From IMG/VR virus record IMGVR_UViG_3300021959_010405, positions 1-64,000 of that record: a stretch of 64,000 nucleotides of DNA, one strand, 5' to 3'. The DNA comes from a virus. Positions 29,013 to 37,285 of the stretch are shown here, in pieces. Position 1 is the first letter of the stretch. Each line of letters starts with the position of its first letter. Made by a program: the position numbers and the translations under genes. The notes beneath the pieces are model-generated. The model had not been told where the DNA came from. It ran no database searches and saw nothing but the letters and a program-made list of their open reading frames with translations.

Positions 29013-31628
29013 ATGAATCTAACTTTAAATACTAACATAGGAGGGTATTTTACCTACAGAATATATAGGGAGACTCCTGACAAAATAGTATACAAGTCGC
29101 CAGAGAGAAAAAACCTTATTGTTGATACAGGTTTAGAATTTTTATATGATAAGTCTATTAATGATGTCATAAGGGTTTTAGATCTAGGTGTATCTAACCA
29201 GCAAGTGAGAGAGACTGATACAGGAATTGTAGGTGAAAGGTTTCCAAGCTCATCATATTTTACTAACCTATCTGCCCTATCATTATCTGCTTCAGCAGAT
29301 TATAATACCAATACATCTCACCATACAGCTTTTTTTAGAACTAGAACAACTCCAAGATCTCTAAGATTAAGGGAATTCAGCATTAAACCAGAAGGTAGTA
29401 GTGATGCATTTTGCCGACAGCTATTAGATATTGACCTCGAACCTGGAGATGGTATAGAGTTTACTTATGAAGTAAGGGTTGAATGGCCATGCGGTATACA
29501 GGAGTTTAACATGCCACTAACTTATCGAGTTGGGCTGAGTGGTGAGGAATATGGCGTAGTTCAAAAACAAAATTTTGATGATTGGACATACTCTACCCAG
29601 TCAACTAATATCGAAGACTGGGTTTCTATAGCAGTAGGAGGAACAACATATATAGCTGTAGCTTCATCTAATAACTCTGGATCTGGAGAAAACATAATAT
29701 ACTCAACAAACGGTAAAGAATGGCAAGATGCCACGATTGTAAAATCCACACCACCTTACACAGAATCGTCAGCTGGCGCATCATTAAATGATGTAACATT
29801 CGGTAATAATACACTTCGAGGTATAAGTCAATTTGTTGCAGTTGGTAGTGGTGCAGTTGCGATATCCAATGATAACCTCAATACATGGTTGCTGGTAGAT
29901 CCAGTTAAGAGCTATAACTGGACTGGAGTGACTTTCGGATATTCAAGTAAATCATCATTTACAGGAAGATATTTAGCAGTCTCCAATACTGGGGATAATA
30001 GGGTAATGCACTCACAGACTGGAACTGATTGGATAACAGGTGGTGATGATATTACTAATAGTATTGGTTGGTCATCAGTAGCCTACGGGCCCGTATCAGG
30101 ATTTGTAGCTGTTGCAGATTCTGGATCACATAGAATAGCATATTCATCAACTGGAACATCATGGGCATCTGCAGAAGCTACACAACACAATAGTTGGTCT
30201 GATATTGTATATGGTAATGGGGTTTATGTTGCAGTATCAAAAGATGGATCCTTAAGGTCAATGTATGCCAATGAATCTGATCTTTCTACATGGACTGCAG
30301 TAGCTACCCCAGAGCAAAACTCATGGAATAGTGTAGCATATGGCAATGGTGTTTTTGCGGCAGTGGCTCCTGATGGTGATAGCAGAATAATATATACTAG
30401 AGATTTAGTAGAATGGACTGCAGTTGATACATTAAGTTCCCTACAGTGGTCAGGTATATCTTATGATGGAACTAACAGACGATTTGTAGCAGTAGCTAAA
30501 TCTGGTAGCATATATTCTGCATATAGCATATTCATAGACACTCCAGTCTACCCCTCTACAACAGTGCCTGTATCTGCATCCATTACACAGATACCTATAG
30601 ATGGGAGAGTAACTATGGATGATAGTCACTATATGTATACTGTCAAATCTATAGAATTAAGCGGATGTGTTGAAAATACTACTTATAATTCATTAGATTA
30701 TAGCACTGAGAATGAAACGAATAGTTATTCAAAAGCTTCAAGCAGTTTCACATACCCTAACTCTGCTATAAATTCATTCTCATTTGGGCCTCTTAGTGGG
30801 TATGGTCCTATTAAAGGTTTAATGGTAACAAAAGGTAGAACAGAGTCAACACCAATATCTACAACAAGATTAGGGCTTGAATGGTATATGCCAGCAGCTC
30901 TGCAGCCAGATAATAATGAAACTATCTCAAGCCTCTCTGGATCATCTCAACTAATTCAAGGAGAGGCTGGATCTCTCGACAAGCCTATATTGCAGAGTAA
31001 TAATATTAATGACTTACTAAAACTTGACATTAATATTATTAGCAAGTGGGGCAGTGACAGGTCTGGGGCAGTTAAGAGAGTAGCATCAAGTGATAATGAC
31101 TCTTCAACCGGTAGCATTTCAATTGCAATAGGTAAATCGCAGTGGAAACTATTTCAGCCAGTAAGCACAATAGAACCACTCCTATTACCAACAACAATAG
31201 ATTCTCAAGACCCTAATTCCGAATTAAAAATAAAACTTGTATCAAATATACCACTATCTGTGTCTAATAGCGACTCTCTAACAGATGTCGCTAGCATTAC
31301 TATAGGGAGTGCAGAAAAGACTGGTTTAATCGATTTCAATACAGCAGAGTCCACATGGAGCTTCGCAACATCTGCAGATATAGTAAATACCAGCTACACT
31401 AGCAGCGAAATAGAGCGCCTATTACAAGAATCCATAGCCCGAACAACAGGAATATTAAATGAAGTATCTAATGTGGAATTTACAGATAGACTTATTATAA
31501 TAACTTTAAATAATAATATAACCATCGATAGAGCATTAATTAATACCTATGATCATAATACCTATAATACCACTCTCGATTCGTTGCCAGTTGAAACGTT
31601 CTTTAGCTTTGAGAAATTATTTAATTAA
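29013..31628 (+). CDS. Tail-associated protein with W..VAYGNG beta-propeller
   Basis: KNLIVDTGL N-terminus; about 6 WxxVAYGxGxFVAV blades; TATAAATA 7 nt upstream. Confidence 0.72.
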   Translation: MNLTLNTNIGGYFTYRIYRETPDKIVYKSPERKNLIVDTGLEFLYDKSINDVIRVLDLGVSNQQVRETDTGIVGERFPSSSYFTNLSALSLSASADYNTNTSHHTAFFRTRTTPRSLRLREFSIKPEGSSDAFCRQLLDIDLEPGDGIEFTYEVRVEWPCGIQEFNMPLTYRVGLSGEEYGVVQKQNFDDWTYSTQSTNIEDWVSIAVGGTTYIAVASSNNSGSGENIIYSTNGKEWQDATIVKSTPPYTESSAGASLNDVTFGNNTLRGISQFVAVGSGAVAISNDNLNTWLLVDPVKSYNWTGVTFGYSSKSSFTGRYLAVSNTGDNRVMHSQTGTDWITGGDDITNSIGWSSVAYGPVSGFVAVADSGSHRIAYSSTGTSWASAEATQHNSWSDIVYGNGVYVAVSKDGSLRSMYANESDLSTWTAVATPEQNSWNSVAYGNGVFAAVAPDGDSRIIYTRDLVEWTAVDTLSSLQWSGISYDGTNRRFVAVAKSGSIYSAYSIFIDTPVYPSTTVPVSASITQIPIDGRVTMDDSHYMYTVKSIELSGCVENTTYNSLDYSTENETNSYSKASSSFTYPNSAINSFSFGPLSGYGPIKGLMVTKGRTESTPISTTRLGLEWYMPAALQPDNNETISSLSGSSQLIQGEAGSLDKPILQSNNINDLLKLDINIISKWGSDRSGAVKRVASSDNDSSTGSISIAIGKSQWKLFQPVSTIEPLLLPTTIDSQDPNSELKIKLVSNIPLSVSNSDSLTDVASITIGSAEKTGLIDFNTAESTWSFATSADIVNTSYTSSEIERLLQESIARTTGILNEVSNVEFTDRLIIITLNNNITIDRALINTYDHNTYNTTLDSLPVETFFSFEKLFN

Positions 31629-31879
31629 TCGTCGAACGTTAAACCTCGTGCTTCTTGCTCAAGTCTAAGTCTCATAGAAGGGAACATTTCTTTAATATAG
31701 GCATTATATGCTGAGGGTTTGATCCATTTATAAGATGTATCAGTATCTATACCACTTTTCTCTGCAAAATTAGCAGATACATTTACTGCTTCCATTAAGC
31801 ATAGCCAACGAGCTTGTTGTTCTACAGGGAGTTCATCAAATCCAGGCTTGTTATTTGTATTATCATCGTTTTTACTCAT
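31625..31879 (-). CDS. Hypothetical protein, possible gp33-like late co-activator
   Basis: LMEAV...EKSGI...KWIKP...RLEQEARGLTF loosely follows the gp33 pattern. Confidence 0.35.
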   Translation of the reverse strand: MSKNDDNTNNKPGFDELPVEQQARWLCLMEAVNVSANFAEKSGIDTDTSYKWIKPSAYNAYIKEMFPSMRLRLEQEARGLTFDD

Positions 31880-32280
31880 AATATTATTGATCTAAGAAGA
31901 AAAAGAAATTGATTACTATCAATATTGATTTCCGAGTCTTCGAGAATTTTTATAAAGCTCTCTAACCCTTCAATACAGTTTTTAACAATTTTATTCTTCT
32001 CTATATTATTATAACTAAGTTCCCTTTGTAAAATCTCTTTATATGAAATTAGTAGAATAAGTATTATATCATTCGATGACGAGTTAGGTTTAATACTATC
32101 ACGATATAATTTTCCTAATCTGTATGCAGCTTTAATTTCTTCTGGTTGATCCTTTACAAACGACTCGAGTATTACTGCAATATCCTCTATATTACCTGTT
32201 GGCTTTTTACTAATCATAATATTTGATGGTTCTCTATCTTTAGCGTTTTTGTAAATAGAATTTTCTGTAATATCATTCAT
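31876..32280 (-). CDS. Hypothetical protein
   Basis: 134-aa ORF overlapping both neighbours in an operon. Confidence 0.6.
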   Translation of the reverse strand: MNDITENSIYKNAKDREPSNIMISKKPTGNIEDIAVILESFVKDQPEEIKAAYRLGKLYRDSIKPNSSSNDIILILLISYKEILQRELSYNNIEKNKIVKNCIEGLESFIKILEDSEINIDSNQFLFLLRSIIL

Positions 32281-32713
32281 CCTTTTTCGGCAGATTTGGT
32301 GTGGTTATAGAATTATAGATTGCATCAATATTGCGATTAGATTGCTCTAAATCTACCGGTAGAGTTGCCATCACTGTCTCAGCATTAATTTGAACATTAA
32401 CTCTTTTATCACACCCATCGCATATATACGAGTTATTGCTATTGAGTGTTACTGGTATAAACTGGTCTACTGCTTTATGACATGGACAAACTACAGATAA
32501 TCCCTGCTTTTCCATAGACTTGATACGATCTACCTCAATTTTGCGGAGATTTATATCTCTAAGACTATTTAACGCAGCAAATATTATTATTTGAGCGCCG
32601 GTTGCCATAACAAACACTTGCCAAAAACCATATTGAAGTAGCGACGCTGCAATCGCAGTGCTAATTAGCAAGGTCAATATTAATGATCTTAAAATACTTA
32701 TAAAAGGTCCCAT
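32273..32713 (-). CDS. Membrane protein with C-terminal Zn-ribbon-like motif
   Basis: Two hydrophobic segments, then CPCH...CDGC. Confidence 0.6.
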   Translation of the reverse strand: MGPFISILRSLILTLLISTAIAASLLQYGFWQVFVMATGAQIIIFAALNSLRDINLRKIEVDRIKSMEKQGLSVVCPCHKAVDQFIPVTLNSNNSYICDGCDKRVNVQINAETVMATLPVDLEQSNRNIDAIYNSITTPNLPKKDE

Positions 32714-32736
32714 ATAATATATGGTATAGTATAATT

Positions 32737-33102
32737 CTACTTATTCAACTGTAAATTATCTATTTCCGCTGTTGCATTTGCTACTATAGCATTGGCTTCA
32801 TCTAAGCTATTATTTATAGCTTCTATAGTCTTTAATTTGCTACCGTTTATAGAAGGATTATTAGTTACTTGTTTAAAAATCTTTTTAATTGAAAGAATTG
32901 ATACAAATACGTCACCTAACCTATCAACAATATTTGATAATTCATAAGGTAGCGCTTGCTGCCCAATATTATTTGTATCTTGCTGCTGCTTCTCTCTATC
33001 AAAAACGTCGCCGACAGGCATTCTCACCTTAGCATCATCTGAAACACCGCTACCTACACCACTACCTGATTGGGAACGCTCTTGATTAGACATTGTATCC
33101 AT
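32737..33102 (-). CDS. Hypothetical late protein
   Basis: TAAATA-ATATT-ATG(33102) places the start downstream of the track's 33186. Confidence 0.6.
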   Translation of the reverse strand: MDTMSNQERSQSGSGVGSGVSDDAKVRMPVGDVFDREKQQQDTNNIGQQALPYELSNIVDRLGDVFVSILSIKKIFKQVTNNPSINGSKLKTIEAINNSLDEANAIVANATAEIDNLQLNK

Positions 33103-33156
33103 AATATTATTTAATATAAATGCAAGAGAAATACTAAATAATGCATAAATATTATT

Positions 33157-33600
33157 ATGAATTTTTACAGTAAGGCATTTAATCAACTTTTAGAACAGGA
33201 CGAAAATATGGATATGGCTGTCGATCCGGGAGCTGAAGCCAGTGCTGCTCAAGAAACATTAGAGCCAGGAACTGAAATGGGCGATTTGGGAGCTAGTGGC
33301 GATGCTGCTACATCTGGCGCTGAAGTAGCAGACGCCATGGCCAGAAACAGCGAAGCGATGAAAACAACTCTCACAACTTGGATCGAAACAATGGATGAAT
33401 TTGTTGAGTTTTTAAACGGTCTTGAGGAAGGGTCAGTTCAATCTCAACTCAAAAATGCGGTACCTGACACGATAATGGATAAAATTAGAGGGTCAGAAAT
33501 GAAAAAGATATCCCGAGTATCAATGGAAGTCGCCGGTCTCAAAGAAATTCTTCGCGGCTATCTCGCAAGCTCTGACGATGCTAAATACAAATACGTATAA
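33157..33600 (+). CDS. Probable head-associated late protein
   Basis: TAAATA-TTATT-ATG; N-terminal FNQLLE-Q processing-like site. Confidence 0.6.
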   Translation: MNFYSKAFNQLLEQDENMDMAVDPGAEASAAQETLEPGTEMGDLGASGDAATSGAEVADAMARNSEAMKTTLTTWIETMDEFVEFLNGLEEGSVQSQLKNAVPDTIMDKIRGSEMKKISRVSMEVAGLKEILRGYLASSDDAKYKYV

Positions 33601-33622
33601 TTATTCTATTATTTTTATATAA

Positions 33623-33922
33623 ATGGAAAATAACGATACTTTTGTATTTGAATTCGATCGAATTGTTGAGCAAATCCTCAACGAAAAGATTGATAAAGAT
33701 CGAATGAAATGTAACTCACCGAGACGCACATCCGGCGGGTCTAAAAAGTTCGTTGTTAAAGCTTGTAAGGACGGTAAAGAGAAGATTGTTCGTTTCGGTG
33801 ATCCGAACATGAAAATTAAAAAGAGTAACCCAAAGAGACGTAAATCTTTCCGTGCTCGACACAAATGCGATCAGAAAAAAGATAAATTCTCGGCTGGCTA
33901 CTGGAGTTGTAAAAAGTGGTAA
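33623..33922 (+). CDS. Small basic Cys-containing protein
   Basis: Acidic leader ending QILNE, then K/R-rich KKFVVKAC...VRFGDPNM...SFRARHKC...YWSCKKW. Confidence 0.7.
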   Translation: MENNDTFVFEFDRIVEQILNEKIDKDRMKCNSPRRTSGGSKKFVVKACKDGKEKIVRFGDPNMKIKKSNPKRRKSFRARHKCDQKKDKFSAGYWSCKKW

Positions 33923-33931
33923 TAATTTAAT

Positions 33932-34954
33932 ATGAATACGAGAAGAAGGCGTAAGAATTTAAATGAAGCTAAAAAAGGTGCTCGTAATTTACCACCTGGA
34001 GCTCCAGGTGGTGTTAGGTCCTCCGGATTTATTGATCCTAGCAATGTAGATGATAGACCTAAGGCAAGCAATCTTCCTAGCGATAAGGGGATAATGGATC
34101 AAAAAAAGTTATATAATCTTTTTAATACTGGTCTAAAAATTATATTCAGACAAGGAAAAGGAGATGAATTAGAAAACTTTATTGAGGATGGTTTGAAAAG
34201 CTATAATAGACTCAAAAGTGCAGCAAGAATATTATCTGATCCTAAACGCTATAGAGATTATAGTCCCGAGTTGTATAGACAAGATGCTAAGCAGAGTAAA
34301 TCAGAAATATTAGACCTTTACGACGATGCAGAAGATTATCTCTCACGCCTTGTTGCTCAGACTGTCGGGCGCGCGTATATAAAAGCAAGTAGCGAAGATA
34401 AACAAAAAATTGCTACAATGAAAGATTTAAGCGAGCTCCCGACTGATCTTGACTCAATATCTGTAGATGAAGCTGAGCTTATATCTGCAATATTTTTTAA
34501 AGGCAGTGAAAGGGCCTCCAAGGATGAGGCAATTGAAAAAGTTAACGCAATTGTAAACTCCTTTATTAAACTCGATAAAGAAGTTATGGCAGATGAGGAT
34601 ACTGTTCATAATATGCTAACGCGTTTGCAGACAGCAGCTAAAACTGCTAAAGTAGAAAAAGATCAAATTAATATGCCTAAAAAGAGGCAGCCAATAGCTG
34701 AGCCTACTGCGGGCTACTCAAATGTTGATTTAGCGATCAAGCGTAAGATTACTAAAGCGTTTGGAAGCGGGGATCTAGATGAAGTTAAGGCTCAACTAGA
34801 TGCGTCAGGCAGAAAGGATCTAGTTAAAGCTGTTGGAGATAAATCCGAGGCTCAAATATTAAAAGCATATGTTACAGGGAAGCCGATTGAAGAAGGATTT
34901 GTATCTATGTATGATCTAGTTGTAGAAGATCTACTTCATCGATATAGCCTCTAA
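33932..34954 (+). CDS. Probable head-associated protein
   Basis: 340-aa helical ORF; KNLNE-A near the N-terminus. Confidence 0.55.
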   Translation: MNTRRRRKNLNEAKKGARNLPPGAPGGVRSSGFIDPSNVDDRPKASNLPSDKGIMDQKKLYNLFNTGLKIIFRQGKGDELENFIEDGLKSYNRLKSAARILSDPKRYRDYSPELYRQDAKQSKSEILDLYDDAEDYLSRLVAQTVGRAYIKASSEDKQKIATMKDLSELPTDLDSISVDEAELISAIFFKGSERASKDEAIEKVNAIVNSFIKLDKEVMADEDTVHNMLTRLQTAAKTAKVEKDQINMPKKRQPIAEPTAGYSNVDLAIKRKITKAFGSGDLDEVKAQLDASGRKDLVKAVGDKSEAQILKAYVTGKPIEEGFVSMYDLVVEDLLHRYSL

Positions 34955-35965
34955 AGCTATTTTAGCACCCATTCCTTTATACGAGTTATCTGTAATGAAT
35001 TTTGCAGATAACTCGTTTAAGTTAAACTTAATAGCTAAATCATTAAAATCCTTATATTTACGACCTATATTTTCAGGCCATATAAATAGAGTCTCATTCT
35101 GATCTGCTAATATTTTACTTTTAGATAGACTAGCCGAATCTATCCATTGGGAGTCTAGAACCCATATTCTCCTAAAGAGCTTAAGGGCTGATAACTGTTC
35201 TTCTTGTTTACGAGTAAACGACTGGTGAGATTTTTCCTGTATACCAGCGACCGCGAGACCGTTATTAACAAAGAAGCTATTGATAGGGCCCTCAAAGATA
35301 AACACATCATCTAAAGATGCATCGATATTATCGAAACCATACAAACTTTTTGTACTATTTACTTTAGATATATATTTCGGCTTTGTATCGTTTGCAAAAA
35401 TAGATCTAGATTGATAAAAAACAATCTCGCCGTTAGAATCATAAAACGGTATAACAAGTCTGTCCTTATGAACATTATCATTTAAGGAAACATACAAGGC
35501 CTTGGGTCTATTAACAGCTGTATCAAGCTTTCTAGACTTAATTATATTAATAGCGCGCTTAACTGTATTATTATTTTTAAAGAACTCTACTTGTAACTCG
35601 TCGAGCAAATTTATACAATCCTTAGGTAGCGTGGAAGCCTCTTTCTTTTCAGGCTGATCCCTTCTTTCAATATATTCTTCAACATCTACATCAAAATCCT
35701 TAAGCTCATCAATAACATCGTTAAAAGATAAATTGCCGGCTTCTTTAACCCAATTTAACGGGCTAGAGGACCACCCGCAATTGTGGCAGTATATATTGTT
35801 GTTAGACGGTATATAGTAACATCTCTGCTTTCTCCCTATAGAGTTACCTTCTCTACATATAGGGCATCCGCATTGATAAGAATCATTAAACTTATTATGT
35901 TTAGATCCTACCCCGTACTGGAAGAACTTTAATACAATATATTCTCTAGGGAGCTCAAAGGGCAT
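34931..35965 (-). CDS. gp61: DNA primase
   Basis: CPIC...YCHNCG zinc finger, RLVIPFYD, YQSR, KYI, and TOPRIM FIFEGPINS. Confidence 0.92.
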   Translation of the reverse strand: MPFELPREYIVLKFFQYGVGSKHNKFNDSYQCGCPICREGNSIGRKQRCYYIPSNNNIYCHNCGWSSSPLNWVKEAGNLSFNDVIDELKDFDVDVEEYIERRDQPEKKEASTLPKDCINLLDELQVEFFKNNNTVKRAINIIKSRKLDTAVNRPKALYVSLNDNVHKDRLVIPFYDSNGEIVFYQSRSIFANDTKPKYISKVNSTKSLYGFDNIDASLDDVFIFEGPINSFFVNNGLAVAGIQEKSHQSFTRKQEEQLSALKLFRRIWVLDSQWIDSASLSKSKILADQNETLFIWPENIGRKYKDFNDLAIKFNLNELSAKFITDNSYKGMGAKIALEAISMK

Positions 35966-35972
35966 CCCTTAT

Positions 35973-36000
35973 ATTATAAAGGAGATTAATAAAATCTCAA
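35973..36000 (-). promoter_or_regulatory. sigma70-like promoter of primase
   Basis: TTGAGA-N16-TATAAT, 7 nt before ATG. Confidence 0.6.
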
Positions 36001-36049
36001 CAAAATATTATGATATTTGGGAGATCGTATCCCGTACTAGCAGCAAAAC

Positions 36050-36346
36050 TTAGTCGTCGTGGCTAGCTCTCCATATGAGATCTTCCCACTTATTAAGGAG
36101 TTCACCCATCACAACTTGAATCTCTTCAAAGTCGCCATCATAGTTAAGTCCTGGGCCACCGCGGGTTTTATTGATATGTTTATTTAAATTGGATCCCTTT
36201 CTTAATACATTTGAAAGAGCGTCCACCGCCCTAGTAACATCATCTACCGACATATTGTTTAAGGCTTCGGCAAGGATTTTAAGCTTATACTCTTTAGCGC
36301 TTATTTTTTTATAATTTTCAAAAATTATTTTTGATTCATTATTCAT
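36050..36346 (-). CDS. Small late protein with MNNESKIIFENYKK leader
   Basis: TAAATA-ATATT-ATG; leader shared with 36394-36786 and 50922-51644. Confidence 0.7.
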   Translation of the reverse strand: MNNESKIIFENYKKISAKEYKLKILAEALNNMSVDDVTRAVDALSNVLRKGSNLNKHINKTRGGPGLNYDGDFEEIQVVMGELLNKWEDLIWRASHDD

Positions 36347-36378
36347 AATATTATTTAGTTGTTTGGGCGTTTTTTTTT
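36308..36378 (-). repeat. Promoter+leader cassette copy A
   Basis: aaaaaaaaacgcccaaacaacTAAATAatattATGaataatgaatcaaaaataatttttgaaaattataaa. Confidence 0.8.
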
Positions 36379-36393
36379 AAATAAAAATAGTAT

Positions 36394-36786
36394 TTAAGCA
36401 TCGGCCATGCCTTGGCCTGCCATATCCATCCAGAGATGGTAAGCAAAAGTACCCTCTTCGTGAGGGTTGTTACCTTCAAGACCACCAGGCTTTGGGAGAT
36501 GGTATCCCATACCAGCGTCATAACCAAGACCGTATGCGCCGATAAAATCTTTGTGGTCGCGAGCAATCTTGTCAAACATCGCAAACTGCTTAAGGTCAAG
36601 CGGTTTCATACTTTGGTCAAAATCCTCTTTAGTTGCACTGATCCTCTTTGAATTGTCGAGAAGTTCCTGCATACCTTCTTCGTCAGTAGGGACTTCAATC
36701 GTAGACTCGGTAATGCCTTCAATCTTAGTCTCTTTATTGTTTATTTTTTTGTAATTTTCGAAAATTAATTCTGAGTCTTTATTCAT
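36394..36786 (-). CDS. Small late protein with MNKDSELIFENYKK leader
   Basis: TAAATA-ATGTT-ATG; acidic body. Confidence 0.7.
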   Translation of the reverse strand: MNKDSELIFENYKKINNKETKIEGITESTIEVPTDEEGMQELLDNSKRISATKEDFDQSMKPLDLKQFAMFDKIARDHKDFIGAYGLGYDAGMGYHLPKPGGLEGNNPHEEGTFAYHLWMDMAGQGMADA

Positions 36787-36816
36787 AACATTATTTAGAG
36801 ATTTAGGTGTTTTTTT
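36748..36816 (-). repeat. Promoter+leader cassette copy B
   Basis: aaaaaaacacctaaatctcTAAATAatgttATGaataaagactcagaattaattttcgaaaattacaaa. Confidence 0.85.
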
Positions 36817-36856
36817 AAAAAAATAGTAATAATGTTTAAATTAACGACCGTAGTAT

Positions 36857-37237
36857 TTAATATATTCCGATCTCCTTAAGACCTTCTTCAATTTTGCTCT
36901 TGATAAAACTCTCTCCAACACCAGGATTGCGGCGAGCGATATCCCGAGTCTCGCTTTCGACAAAGTGAACAATGGACTCAACCGGAGCGTCGCCAGATTC
37001 AACAATTTCTGCTAGACTCTCAACTACGGACTCGATCTCGTTTTTAAGATCTTCGTTCATATCATATTTTTCTCTAATTTCAACAATACCTTTGCGAATA
37101 AAAGCTCCGGACTGAGGATCGATCCAATGAGCTTCAACAACAACCTTATCAGGAAGGTCGTTTTCAACTAATCTAGGAGCGACTGGTTGACCGCTTATAG
37201 GGGAAGGTATATTTACAGGTCGTACAAACTGATTCAT
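36857..37237 (-). CDS. Hypothetical late protein
   Basis: TAAATA-AGTGT-ATG; 126 aa. Confidence 0.65.
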   Translation of the reverse strand: MNQFVRPVNIPSPISGQPVAPRLVENDLPDKVVVEAHWIDPQSGAFIRKGIVEIREKYDMNEDLKNEIESVVESLAEIVESGDAPVESIVHFVESETRDIARRNPGVGESFIKSKIEEGLKEIGIY

Positions 37238-37285
37238 ACACTTATTTATGTAAAACTATGCAAATAACTTACTAATTTGGAGAAG

